DNA of 64,000 bases, from the IMG/VR virus record IMGVR_UViG_3300010268_000001. The stretch is one strand, 5' to 3'. The position numbers and the translations under genes are program-made. Below the pieces are notes generated by a model. The model ran no database searches. It was not told the DNA's origin and worked only from the letters and a program-made list of their open reading frames with translations. This document shows positions 48,830 to 58,279 of this stretch, in pieces. Numbering within the stretch: position 1 is the stretch's first letter; every line of letters begins with the position of its first letter. Source of the stretch: a virus.

Positions 48830-50290
48830 CTACCGTGTCTGCATAGTTATGACAAGACTACCAACCTCTCCCGCTGGGACCATTTCTATGTTTACGACGT
48901 AGGTTTTTGTATATCCGTGGTATGTTTCTGATATACTAATGTTGTAATTCTTGATGTACTCAGATTCGGACCTCATAATGTCCTCAAGCCTTGCCCTGAG
49001 CGTTGATATTTGCGATAATTCATCAAAGTCTAATACATCATTGAGTCTATGGGCGATGTGTTGAACAAGTTTGACATTGGCAATATCGGTTAATGGGCTT
49101 GGTATGTACCTAACTGGCTCTCTTGGAGTAAGCGGATCTATTACTGCACTTGTGGATTTTGTAAGGTTGACTCCCCTGTAAATCCTGACTTGTTGTTGAC
49201 CATTGTATGTACCTGTTATAGTGACTACATAGCCAAGTTCTGCAAGCTTCGCCCTTTGTTCATCGGTAAACGACAGGACGTCGCTTGTGGCAGTTAACAT
49301 AGCCTTATTAGTTGTGCCTTCATAGTAGGAGGTGCCATCAATAATACCGCAATATGCGGCAACGCCGCTTGATCTGTAACTGGGATGAAATCCGGGAAAT
49401 CTCGGTCCTGAAATTACAATATTGATAAACTCAGATACCGGGCACTCTGTCTGTAAAAGCGAAGCAAACGATACTGCGCGCTCGAATACAAAGACTTCTC
49501 TATCTACGAAATCATCAGTGGTGACTAGATACTCTGCCCCAATTGTAATAATGCACGGGGCACATGCTTTTGCCTTCCTTTGTGCGAATTCCTGCAGCTT
49601 ATCATAGAGATGTCCGTCCTCGCTTTTGGCAAAGAACGGCTCGCAAAGTATGCCAATCTGTGCAATCGGATAATCCTCGAGAGAAGCGAGTATCTCTTCT
49701 ATTTCTCTGATGTAACCCAATTTAGGATATCCGAGTTCTGCACCTTCAGTCTGTGCCTCTGATGGGTATTCGTCGATCAGCATACTTGTTGGACCTTCCA
49801 CAAGAACTGACGCATATACTGGGGACTGCATTGTAACAGCATCTATGTTGATTTCTGAAGCAAGCTGCGAAATTGTCTTGCCGGTAAGATAGTACGACGA
49901 GTAGTAACCTGTTCTGTTGTTGCTTAGTGCAAGATAACGATCGTCTCCAGACGTGAATATTTCGTATTGCAGATCATTTGCTTCCTCTATTGCATCAAGA
50001 GATGTAAGTATGAGCTTATTCTGTATGTTTGTCTGGGCGTGCTCGCCATTTACCCTAATAAGATATATATCTGAAGTTGCGCCGCATGTGACTGCTTCCA
50101 TATATGCGTTTGTAAGCTGGGAGTTAAGACCGAAGATTATTGAGACCTGCTCAAGGTCGGTGGCTTTTATCGGTACTCTTGCCGGACCGGTGAGCGCTGT
50201 CCCTATCAGTACTATCCCAGTTCCTCGAGGAAGGCTTTCAAACGGATATTCTTTGTTGAATATCTCGCTTAGCGTAATATTGTTGAGCAT
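48830..50290 (-). CDS. Second, divergent tail sheath-like protein (486 aa)
   Basis: Sheath N-terminal motif IVLIGTALTGPARVP...IFG...AYMEA...IYLIRV and C-terminal NVKLVQHI...IEMVPAGEVGSLVI. Confidence 0.7.
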   Translation of the reverse strand: MLNNITLSEIFNKEYPFESLPRGTGIVLIGTALTGPARVPIKATDLEQVSIIFGLNSQLTNAYMEAVTCGATSDIYLIRVNGEHAQTNIQNKLILTSLDAIEEANDLQYEIFTSGDDRYLALSNNRTGYYSSYYLTGKTISQLASEINIDAVTMQSPVYASVLVEGPTSMLIDEYPSEAQTEGAELGYPKLGYIREIEEILASLEDYPIAQIGILCEPFFAKSEDGHLYDKLQEFAQRKAKACAPCIITIGAEYLVTTDDFVDREVFVFERAVSFASLLQTECPVSEFINIVISGPRFPGFHPSYRSSGVAAYCGIIDGTSYYEGTTNKAMLTATSDVLSFTDEQRAKLAELGYVVTITGTYNGQQQVRIYRGVNLTKSTSAVIDPLTPREPVRYIPSPLTDIANVKLVQHIAHRLNDVLDFDELSQISTLRARLEDIMRSESEYIKNYNISISETYHGYTKTYVVNIEMVPAGEVGSLVITMQTR

Positions 50291-50294
50291 CTAA

Positions 50295-50819
50295 TCACCT
50301 TGCCGTTATATAATATGTTAGCTTGTCAGCATTCCTTTGAAGATTTACAAATCTTAACTCCATGTTAATTGGATCGCTCTTGGCTACGGCAATGAAGTAT
50401 TCTATTCTTCCTCCATCGCCACGCATGGGTTCTGTATTGGCTATTTCGTATATTTCCGTATATTCATCCAAAATTGGCTTAACCCCGTCCCAATCGCATA
50501 AAATTAGCAGGTCTTGCTTTTTAGGACGGACAGTATAGTCTATATAGAATTGACGCAGTGCAATTCCTATGCTTCCTGCACTAGTAAAGTTAACTACTTT
50601 AGGAAGTGTCTCAGATGAAGACGTAGCTTTGCTCCTCATTCTTATTCTTTCGGCCTTGTTTATATATCCTGTACCAAGACAGATTTGACAAGTATCTTTA
50701 GGAGCCTGGGACAATTCATTGACACATTTGCAGCGAACTTTCTTGTCATTTCTCAGAAGAAGCGCGTAACTTCCGTATTCGTCAAATATTTTATCTATCT
50801 CATATCTCAAGTCTACCAT
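50295..50819 (-). CDS. Neck/head-closure protein with Cys-rich Zn site (174 aa)
   Basis: CKC...CQICLGTGY and PKKQDLLILCDW...YEI...PMRGDGGRIEYF resemble the large-myovirus neck protein pattern. Confidence 0.65.
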   Translation of the reverse strand: MVDLRYEIDKIFDEYGSYALLLRNDKKVRCKCVNELSQAPKDTCQICLGTGYINKAERIRMRSKATSSSETLPKVVNFTSAGSIGIALRQFYIDYTVRPKKQDLLILCDWDGVKPILDEYTEIYEIANTEPMRGDGGRIEYFIAVAKSDPINMELRFVNLQRNADKLTYYITAR

Positions 50820-52714
50820 GACTTATTACCATCCCAATTCTTTAGTGCTCTGCTCTTGTAGTTCGGATCTTCGTCGTAATTTTCGCCTCTTCTGAATACT
50901 TGAGCTCTGACTTTGCCGCTTCTGCTGCCCTTCAACATGTTTTCCCAGTACTCGTACATCGCCTTTAATCTGTCGGCTAGACCTAGGAGACTTTCTATAT
51001 CTGCGTCATATTCTATCTGAAGGTCTCCAAGCGACTTTGATGAAGCTTCCCCAGATATCTGAATGTATTTATCGAATACAATATCGTACCTTGTCTTGGC
51101 CTTGACATATTCGACAACAATCGTTTCAGGAGGATCCCATGTGATATTGTTTGCGTTATTATTATATTCTGCTATCCAGAAAGCACGTTCGCTATTCTCT
51201 CTTATAAGCTCAAGTACGTCAATAGGATCCATACTTCTTATAATTCTCGCCACAGATGAATATCCTACGCATACACTCTCTATAGTTGCGTAAGCTGGCG
51301 AGAACCTGCTGTAAAATGAGAACATTGTCGGCTCAATAGTCTCTATTTCATCTTCTTCTGTTAGGTGCTGTATACCTGACAGTATCACGGTATATTTTTT
51401 GTTGTCTTCAAACGCACTTCTGCGCCTTACCAATGCGACAACTTCTGCGCCTACTTCTGGTTCGTGTCCTTCTGTAAATGTAATTTCTCCGGTCTTAAGG
51501 TCCACAGTATAATCAACGCCTTCATTAACTGCGACCCCGCCGACCGTCAGTCCTACAGAGAGCGCAGAAGTATTGTTGAATCTGAATGTATTTACAAAAT
51601 GAGCAATGTATGCGCCAACACCAACCTCAACGACCAGTTCTTCTTCTGTTTCTTCGGGTTCTAACTTTTCTGGTTCTTCAGATTCTGCATCTTCTTCTGT
51701 CTTGGACTCTGCTTCTTCAGGCCCCTCAGGTTCTATAGGTTCTTCCGACTGTTCTTGTTCGTCGGGTATTTCATCTTCTTGTTCTTCAGGTGTTTCTTCC
51801 TGAGGATCGTCGGGTTCCTCCAAAGCGGGTTCTTCAGGCTCGTTGGGTTCTTCCGGCGCAGGCTCTTCTGATTCTTTGACTACCTTTATAATGGCAGTAA
51901 TAGCAGAGCCTTCAGCTGGTGCATGCTCCTCGTCAAATACTATTTTCCCTGTCTCCAGGTCTACCGTATAGTAGTTTTCGTCTACAGGCTCTTCGTCGAC
52001 AAGTATCACTGCACTACTAACTGGGCAAACCGGAAGATAAAATACATTCTGAAGGGTTTCTGTGACTATTACTGAGCCGAATCCAAGTTGTTCAATTTCT
52101 TCTGTACAGGGTATAAATGTCACAATGTTTTTTGATACTATGTATTCACCGGGGATCTTGTCAAAGTCTATAAAGTCAATATCATCAAGGGTTTCAATTG
52201 CGTCTGCAATTACTTTAAACGTGTCGCTATTAACTGAGTCTGGAACGACATCTTTATTAAATTTAATCTTAATAGCGTCCGGCGTTATGTTGTAGCTTCC
52301 TTGCTTTGGATAGGTGCTTACTACGGCAAATTCCTCAGTGAATATCGGACTGGGTGGTTCTATTACGTCTTCGACAGAATCTGATACCGTCGTAAACCTT
52401 ATCTGGTGCTCTCCCATCATTACTTCGCCATTGGGACTTGCAAGGTTTTTAACAGTAATTCTGTAATCGGTTAAACCAAAAAGAACGTTATCTTTGTAGC
52501 CGTCTTTCGGAATGATTGTTAATTCACAAGTTTCTGGATTATACGAATAGTCCCATTCTACGATGGAGATGGTATTCAGGTTCTCAAATATTATGTTGTC
52601 ACTGGTAATAGTGCTCTCGTCTATTGCGTCGGCGAACGCTATAACTATAGGTTTATCAAGAGCTACATCAGTACTTCCGTTCTCTGGATATACGCCTATA
52701 ATCAGTGGTACCAT
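50813..52714 (-). CDS. Head-tail adaptor/neck protein with two SbsA-type Ig-like domains and acidic linker (633 aa)
   Basis: IGVYPENGSTDVALDKPIVIAF and VVSTYPKQGSYNITPDAIKIKFN are Big_5-like. An E/P-rich linker lies at about 51640-51880. The C-terminal SKSLGDLQIEY...YWENML segment is adaptor-like. Confidence 0.65.
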   Translation of the reverse strand: MVPLIIGVYPENGSTDVALDKPIVIAFADAIDESTITSDNIIFENLNTISIVEWDYSYNPETCELTIIPKDGYKDNVLFGLTDYRITVKNLASPNGEVMMGEHQIRFTTVSDSVEDVIEPPSPIFTEEFAVVSTYPKQGSYNITPDAIKIKFNKDVVPDSVNSDTFKVIADAIETLDDIDFIDFDKIPGEYIVSKNIVTFIPCTEEIEQLGFGSVIVTETLQNVFYLPVCPVSSAVILVDEEPVDENYYTVDLETGKIVFDEEHAPAEGSAITAIIKVVKESEEPAPEEPNEPEEPALEEPDDPQEETPEEQEDEIPDEQEQSEEPIEPEGPEEAESKTEEDAESEEPEKLEPEETEEELVVEVGVGAYIAHFVNTFRFNNTSALSVGLTVGGVAVNEGVDYTVDLKTGEITFTEGHEPEVGAEVVALVRRRSAFEDNKKYTVILSGIQHLTEEDEIETIEPTMFSFYSRFSPAYATIESVCVGYSSVARIIRSMDPIDVLELIRENSERAFWIAEYNNNANNITWDPPETIVVEYVKAKTRYDIVFDKYIQISGEASSKSLGDLQIEYDADIESLLGLADRLKAMYEYWENMLKGSRSGKVRAQVFRRGENYDEDPNYKSRALKNWDGNKSW

Positions 52715-52743
52715 TCTATCACCCAGCCTAATAACTCAGTGCA

Positions 52744-52769
52744 GGGACGGACACTAGCGTATCCGCCCC
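52744..52769 (-). terminator. Stem-loop at end of head gene block (attenuator/terminator-like)
   Basis: GGGGCGGATAC(GCTA)GTGTCCGTCCC is 11 bp with two G-U pairs that form only on the minus strand. The U-tract is weak. Confidence 0.5.
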
Positions 52770-52776
52770 CGGATTG

Positions 52777-53298
52777 TTATTTATTTTCAGGATTTTCCTT
52801 GCAATGTTTAATATGATTATGAAGCCCCTTACCTGAGTATTCTTTGCCGCAGTACGGACAAGCCTGTTTGTCAGACTTTTCTTCTTTAATTTCCTCCTGC
52901 GCACCATCTGGAGTTACTTCCCTGGTTACTTCTTCCGTATTCTGCTCGACAATATCTTCTGCAGTTTCCTCAACAACTGGCTCTGTGTCTTTTTCTTCTT
53001 CTTTGGCGCTTTTAGTCGATGCCGCAAGCTTTGCTTCGTCTTCCGCAAGCAACTGCCTAGGAGTTCTTTTTACAAGATTTTTAACCGGTTCTGGAGCAGG
53101 CTCTGATTTGTTAACCAAACTGGTAACATCTATCAGGTAGTTAAAACGCAGATAACGTATAATGTTTGCTGCGTTTAGCCCATCTTCGAGCTTTATTATT
53201 CCGTCTTCCTTCCTGAACCACTTCCCTGACTTAGGATCCCACCATGCGTCCGGCGCATCAGGCGAGACCTGTACATATCTCGGATAATTCCTAGCCAT
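52777..53298 (-). CDS. Hypothetical head-associated protein with C-terminal C2HC zinc finger (173 aa)
   Basis: CPYCGKEYSGKGLHNHIKHC at 52801-52860. The N-terminus is paralogous to the adjacent 180-aa gene. Confidence 0.65.
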   Translation of the reverse strand: MARNYPRYVQVSPDAPDAWWDPKSGKWFRKEDGIIKLEDGLNAANIIRYLRFNYLIDVTSLVNKSEPAPEPVKNLVKRTPRQLLAEDEAKLAASTKSAKEEEKDTEPVVEETAEDIVEQNTEEVTREVTPDGAQEEIKEEKSDKQACPYCGKEYSGKGLHNHIKHCKENPENK

Positions 53299-53310
53299 CC
53301 TTTACCCTCC

Positions 53311-53853
53311 TTATATTTTAAATGTGTGCGTTGCAGCCTTAACGGTCGCGTCGCCCGCATCTTTAATCTTGTTTGCACCAGTTTGTGTAATTTCTACGCT
53401 TACCACAGAGCCTTTCGCAGGAACGTCGCCAAGATCGAACTTGAGTGTCTTCGTAAAATTGTTCTTTGCTACAGCAGCAATCTGCAGATCGGGTACTTCC
53501 GTGCCGTTTACTTTTACAATAAAATCGGTCCCGCCTGTAAGTTCTGCTGTATACACAGGTTGGTCAAAATACAGCGTAACAAACCCGTCTTCTCCGACAG
53601 AGACAGACTTAAAGCTTGTAACAGCTGCAATCTTTCCTTCTATAACGTCAAAATAACCTGCTTCAAAGAACCTCTGGAGGTTATAGAGGTTAGCCCCATC
53701 GGGGACCTCTATAAACTCTCCAGGTTTAGTCTCTCTAAGGTTCACTCCAGATCTGGGATCATACAGGATGGGGTACATGGGCTTCTTCTTGTGGACAAGA
53801 CACATGAGCTTAACTGCCTGCTCACGGCTTACTGTTATCTTAGCCTGAGCCAT
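53311..53853 (-). CDS. Capsid-associated protein with C-terminal Ig-like domain (180 aa)
   Basis: Follows the major capsid gene. VTLYFDQPV...FIVKVNG...IAAVA...VSVEITQTG...IKDAGDATV resembles an SwmB/Ig-like fold. Confidence 0.55.
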   Translation of the reverse strand: MAQAKITVSREQAVKLMCLVHKKKPMYPILYDPRSGVNLRETKPGEFIEVPDGANLYNLQRFFEAGYFDVIEGKIAAVTSFKSVSVGEDGFVTLYFDQPVYTAELTGGTDFIVKVNGTEVPDLQIAAVAKNNFTKTLKFDLGDVPAKGSVVSVEITQTGANKIKDAGDATVKAATHTFKI

Positions 53854-53873
53854 TTATATGACCCCCCTTTAGG

Positions 53874-55061
53874 TTACACTCTCGGAGTGGGAACCTTGTC
53901 CATTGTTTCGCTATTCATGTCATCAGGCATAGGCATAGCAGCGAACTGACGTTCAGGCAGCGGCCATGTCTTAGCGAATCTGATGTTCTTAGCAACGGCT
54001 ATTCCAAGACCGCCATTCAGAATACCGATGCCATAGCGTTCTTTTACTTTCAGAGCCTGGATGTCTCTTGCAGGATCGTCGAACTGCTCGACTGAGATAG
54101 GATCTTTAACTACGATTACACCGCAGTTGTTCCTGTCAATTACATACAGGTCGAATTTCTTTTCGACTTCATTGAACGGAACATACGGACTGAAGTGTAC
54201 CTGCAGCCCTGCTACTGGCAGAGTGTAATTTCCTGCGGGCGGGATCTGCTGAATCTGCAGCTGGCTCTGAGGTGTTCCACCGCCGAATGCTCCGAGACCT
54301 GCGTTAACTCCTCCTACGAACATACTCATTAGTTCTTGGTTAGCCAGGAACAATGAGTAGCACAGAGGATGCATAATTACGTCGGTAGGGGTAAAGCCTG
54401 CGGCCATAATAGCGGTGCACATATCTATGAAGTCCTGAGCGGTAAGTGTGCCATTGTAGTAGCCTTCGTATCCACGACCTGTAGGAGCAAGACCAGTGTC
54501 ATTAGGAACATACTTGCCGTCTACCCATTCTCCGCCGAGGTCTGCGTCGAATACTACGTGGCCATGTCTTGAGAATTCGAGAAATATATTCTCTTCTTTC
54601 TTTCTAGCAAGAGCACGACCAGCAGCCTGCAGGTGCATTCCGATAACATCCCACTGAGAGTCGTTAATCATTTCGTCTGTAATCTTGATCTTGAGACCGT
54701 ACTTCTTAACGCGAACTTCAGTGGTCAGGCTTCCGCCCATCTTAGCGATATCGAGGCTCTGTTCGGGGTATTCCTGACCTTCGGCTATTTCGAAGGCACG
54801 GATAGCTCCGAAGTTAATAAACTCCATTGATCTGCCTTCATTGAGAGTAATCTGTCTCAGGAATTTTGATGCGAGATATTCCGGCTCAGCAGCCTCGAGC
54901 ATAATTGTTTCGATTGTCTTTGGGAGAATTATATGCATGTCATTGCTGGTAAGAGCCTCTTTAACAGTAATTCTGTGCTTCGGATCAACTTTGCCGCTAT
55001 TCTTAAGGGACTCTACCATTAATTTATACTTTTCAACAAGTTCAACGTTCTGTGTTGCCAT
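53874..55061 (-). CDS. Major capsid protein (HK97 fold, 395 aa)
   Basis: EIAEGQEYPEQSL...KKYGLKIKITDEMINDSQWDVIGMHLQAAGRALARKKEENIF and IQALKVKERYGIGILNGG are HK97-type motifs. Strong SD and biased codon use. Confidence 0.92.
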   Translation of the reverse strand: MATQNVELVEKYKLMVESLKNSGKVDPKHRITVKEALTSNDMHIILPKTIETIMLEAAEPEYLASKFLRQITLNEGRSMEFINFGAIRAFEIAEGQEYPEQSLDIAKMGGSLTTEVRVKKYGLKIKITDEMINDSQWDVIGMHLQAAGRALARKKEENIFLEFSRHGHVVFDADLGGEWVDGKYVPNDTGLAPTGRGYEGYYNGTLTAQDFIDMCTAIMAAGFTPTDVIMHPLCYSLFLANQELMSMFVGGVNAGLGAFGGGTPQSQLQIQQIPPAGNYTLPVAGLQVHFSPYVPFNEVEKKFDLYVIDRNNCGVIVVKDPISVEQFDDPARDIQALKVKERYGIGILNGGLGIAVAKNIRFAKTWPLPERQFAAMPMPDDMNSETMDKVPTPRV

Positions 55062-55095
55062 TATTGATTTCCTCCTTCTAATATAGATAGTTCAG

Positions 55096-55122
55096 ATAGG
55101 GGAAAGGCATCTTTCCCTCTAT
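55096..55122 (-). promoter_or_regulatory. Stem-loop between decoration and major capsid genes
   Basis: ATAG-A-GGGAAAG(ATGC)CTTTCCC-CTAT immediately after the stop codon, with no U-tract. Confidence 0.5.
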
Positions 55123-56393
55123 TACTTCATGAGAAGAATTCTTACTTCGCCGATGTTGTTCTTGTAGTCCCAGCCAGTCGGGATTCCAGGAATCTGGTTT
55201 TCAAGAACAACTGCTGTAATGCTTACGTCTACAGGATTTGTAATTGCCTTTGTGAAGTAGATAACAACCAGGTTATTTTCGTAGTCTACATGCAGATTAG
55301 CAGCAGATACTACTTCTCCGGCAACTTTAACTACGATATTCTGAGGAGGCACATTGCCGTACTCGGGATAGTTAACAACCTCAGGAATTACGCCTCTTGA
55401 TACGTCGAACTTAGGCAGAGCGTCTTTGCAGAGCTTATCCCTCAGTCTTACGAACAGAGCTGCGCCGATATGGTCGTTTACTTTTACCTTCTTGTCCTGT
55501 GTGAGCTCTACATGACCCATAGTCCTTACATCGAGGATACCTGCATCTGCAAGAGTAGCATATGTCTTTTCGGTTCTTGCCTTGAAGTATCCATCTGTCA
55601 GGAACGGTATACCTGCTCTGAAGTTCTTCAGTGCTTCTGCGTAATCACGAGTTGTCTTGAAGTATCCTGTCCCCACAGGGAATGTGTCGATATCGAGAGT
55701 ATTAGCCTTATCCTTTGTACGTCCAGGCGACGGAACAATCTGTGTTGTTTTAACGAACTGTTCCCACTGCTCGTCGCTGAACTCCATGAAGTACTGCAGG
55801 AATCCTGCGGGCGGAATATCTGTTTCGATACCATAGATCTGGCCTACGATCTTGTCGTATCTGTCAGTTGTAGGGTCTGCAATCATGAAGTTACCGTTTT
55901 CGTCAGCTTTAACGTATTTGCCATACAGATCGTTAGGATCGCTGGATGTTGCCCATGCTGCGCCAAACTGGATAGCCTTAGCGGCAGCATTTGCAGCTTC
56001 AGCGTCGTCTCCGCTGAACAGAGGTATACGGATATACTCTCTTGTGATAACTGTTACGGATGAACCTGAGAATCTGTCTCTTCTTCTCTGGTATACATTG
56101 TGATGGTTTACGCCCATCGGTACGTCGGTATTTCCGTTACAAATCTTAACTCTCGGAACATGCTTTTCGCTTTCGACATCGTATTCCACACCTGCGAAAG
56201 CGAGAATCTTACCCTTCGGAATAACAACGGCATTGTTATTCTCGGGTCCGAATTCATAGTAGAATTTAATGTTTTCATTTTCTGCCTCTGATGCGAGGTA
56301 TTTTTCCGCAGGAGCATTACCCTCAGATACTACGAGCTGAGTATTTGTCCTGCCCTTATAGTAAAGACTAGTTGTTTCAGGGAATACTGCCAT
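55122..56393 (-). CDS. Head decoration / capsid fibre-like structural protein (423 aa)
   Basis: Position between protease and major capsid. VVIPKGKILA...PMGVNHHNVY...YGKYVKADENGNF...IVGQI is typical of beta-tulip decoration proteins. Codon bias similar to the capsid gene. Confidence 0.65.
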   Translation of the reverse strand: MAVFPETTSLYYKGRTNTQLVVSEGNAPAEKYLASEAENENIKFYYEFGPENNNAVVIPKGKILAFAGVEYDVESEKHVPRVKICNGNTDVPMGVNHHNVYQRRRDRFSGSSVTVITREYIRIPLFSGDDAEAANAAAKAIQFGAAWATSSDPNDLYGKYVKADENGNFMIADPTTDRYDKIVGQIYGIETDIPPAGFLQYFMEFSDEQWEQFVKTTQIVPSPGRTKDKANTLDIDTFPVGTGYFKTTRDYAEALKNFRAGIPFLTDGYFKARTEKTYATLADAGILDVRTMGHVELTQDKKVKVNDHIGAALFVRLRDKLCKDALPKFDVSRGVIPEVVNYPEYGNVPPQNIVVKVAGEVVSAANLHVDYENNLVVIYFTKAITNPVDVSITAVVLENQIPGIPTGWDYKNNIGEVRILLMK

Positions 56394-56434
56394 TTCTGTT
56401 TTCCTCCTTTAATTGAATAATGATTTGTGCTTCA

Positions 56435-58279
56435 TTATTTTTCTAGGTGACCGGATAATAGGTTTTTCATGATTTGCTCCACACTGAGGCTGTTAATCTT
56501 ATTGTTCTTGTCGTCCTTGCTAACACCCTCTATTGTGGAGTTGGGCTCGTCGTCCAAAGCACTAATTCCCGGTCTTGTAAGCTTTTCAGATATAAACATG
56601 TTGTTACGGCTTGTTAGTTCTGCGAGAAGATCTCTGTACGAATCCATGAGTGATTCGCTAGATCTTGCTGAGTGCTCAGCAATAGCTTCTTCTCTGTTTT
56701 CAACGCCAGGTTTTCCAAGTGCAATCTTAAAGTCAACTACTCTTTCCACCAAATCTTTATGAGCCTTGGCAGCCATTTCTGCATTCTGATTGACTAATGC
56801 CTGTTTTTCTGCTTCAAGCTCACCTACCTTGGTTTCCAAAGTAGCGACTTTCGATGTCAATTCGTTCTTTTCTTCTTCAAGAGTCGCTATCTTTGTGTCT
56901 TTCTCTGCAAGTGCCGCATCTTTCTCTGCAATGGCTCCCTCGAGTTCTTTGATCTTGTTGTCCTTTTCTGTGATTGCATTCTCGAGAGTAGCTACTTTAT
57001 CTTTCACTGCATTGAATTCCTCGACACTCACAGTGTTTTCAACTTTCTTGTCCACTGTGTTCGAACCTCCTTTTGGTCGTTCTTTGCTCTCTACCAAGCC
57101 AAGCGTACTGGCTACGGCTTCTGTAATCTTGGAGGCACCGTTGCCGAGATCATAAAAGTCGTTGTCGACCTCTATATATGCCTCAATAACAGACGCCTCG
57201 CCGGTATCCAACACTCTTGCGTCAGTGTCAGCAGGTACTGCTACCCAGCTGCACTCATCAAACCATATATTGCCTAATATCCAACCGCACACAACGCCGT
57301 CATACTCTTCGCCTTTGGTATGTTCGCAGAAGCCTTCGTTAATGATGTCTTTGCCACATATGTTGCATATTGCTGAGTCTGTACTGCAGCCGACGCTTAC
57401 GGTCAGATATCTTCCATCGAGAATCTTTTCTATCGCGTCCTCAGATGTGATTTCAGGAATAATGACTATTGTGTCTCTTCCTGTGAGGCTATCTCTTACA
57501 AACTGTGCATTTGTGATTCTGCCTGTAACATTGTCTACCTGAGGATCGTGGTCGATAAGCATTGGTTTGGGATATGGCATTGTAAAGCTGTATACACCCG
57601 TAGGCATCAATTTGCCGCTTTGTGGATCCTTATATGTTCTGTCGCCTTTTAGCTTTTCAGAAAGATATATATTGTGGTTTCTTGTTCTGCCGCTGTGGAT
57701 CGCCTCAATCCTTGGCTTCAATACCATTCTCTTGCCTTTTTCTTTTGCTTCTTTGACTACTTTCTTTGTGCTTTCAGGATCAATGTTTGTCCTAACTGTA
57801 CAGCTTTCAACAATGCGTAGCTTGCCATCGGATATTGATTCGGTTACTGTAATGTTGTCTTGTACGTATTCCTTAGGGAAGTCGTCTGTATTAAGCCCAA
57901 GTTCGTTGTAGTGCTTTCTTAGATGTCTGTAGGCTGCTGCGTTGCTTCTTGTGGATCTTTTATTAAGAAATGACAGAGCAGCTTTACATCCGCCTTCATG
58001 AACGACGAGTTTGCCGTCCTTTATAACATGGTGCGGGTAATGAAGCTTCTGGCTCGGAGCATCCTCAAAGCCTTCTTCTACTATAAGGTAGCATTCTTTT
58101 GCTACTGACTTATAGTTCGAGGCCTTCATTACATCACGCATGAGCTTTGACTTGCTGACGCTGCCCCACGAGCCTGATACACTTGCTTCCTTTGAGTTGT
58201 CTATTTCAATCTTGTCACCTGTGCCGACTTCCATTTTTTCTTCAAGGTCGTTATATTCTATACCATCAAATACACTCAT
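56435..58279 (-). CDS. Prohead protease fused to coiled-coil scaffold (614 aa)
   Basis: AIHSGRTRN, PMLIDHD, AIEKILDGRYLTVSVG, CNICG...CEH and FDECSWVAVPAD form the protease. Heptad repeats at about 56800-57010 form the scaffold. Confidence 0.85.
   Translation of the reverse strand: MSVFDGIEYNDLEEKMEVGTGDKIEIDNSKEASVSGSWGSVSKSKLMRDVMKASNYKSVAKECYLIVEEGFEDAPSQKLHYPHHVIKDGKLVVHEGGCKAALSFLNKRSTRSNAAAYRHLRKHYNELGLNTDDFPKEYVQDNITVTESISDGKLRIVESCTVRTNIDPESTKKVVKEAKEKGKRMVLKPRIEAIHSGRTRNHNIYLSEKLKGDRTYKDPQSGKLMPTGVYSFTMPYPKPMLIDHDPQVDNVTGRITNAQFVRDSLTGRDTIVIIPEITSEDAIEKILDGRYLTVSVGCSTDSAICNICGKDIINEGFCEHTKGEEYDGVVCGWILGNIWFDECSWVAVPADTDARVLDTGEASVIEAYIEVDNDFYDLGNGASKITEAVASTLGLVESKERPKGGSNTVDKKVENTVSVEEFNAVKDKVATLENAITEKDNKIKELEGAIAEKDAALAEKDTKIATLEEEKNELTSKVATLETKVGELEAEKQALVNQNAEMAAKAHKDLVERVVDFKIALGKPGVENREEAIAEHSARSSESLMDSYRDLLAELTSRNNMFISEKLTRPGISALDDEPNSTIEGVSKDDKNNKINSLSVEQIMKNLLSGHLEK

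Noticed and set aside
51640-51880. DNA tandem repeat in the neck gene
   Set aside because: Only imperfect GAA/CCT-rich codon repetition encoding an E/P-rich linker; no fixed repeat unit.
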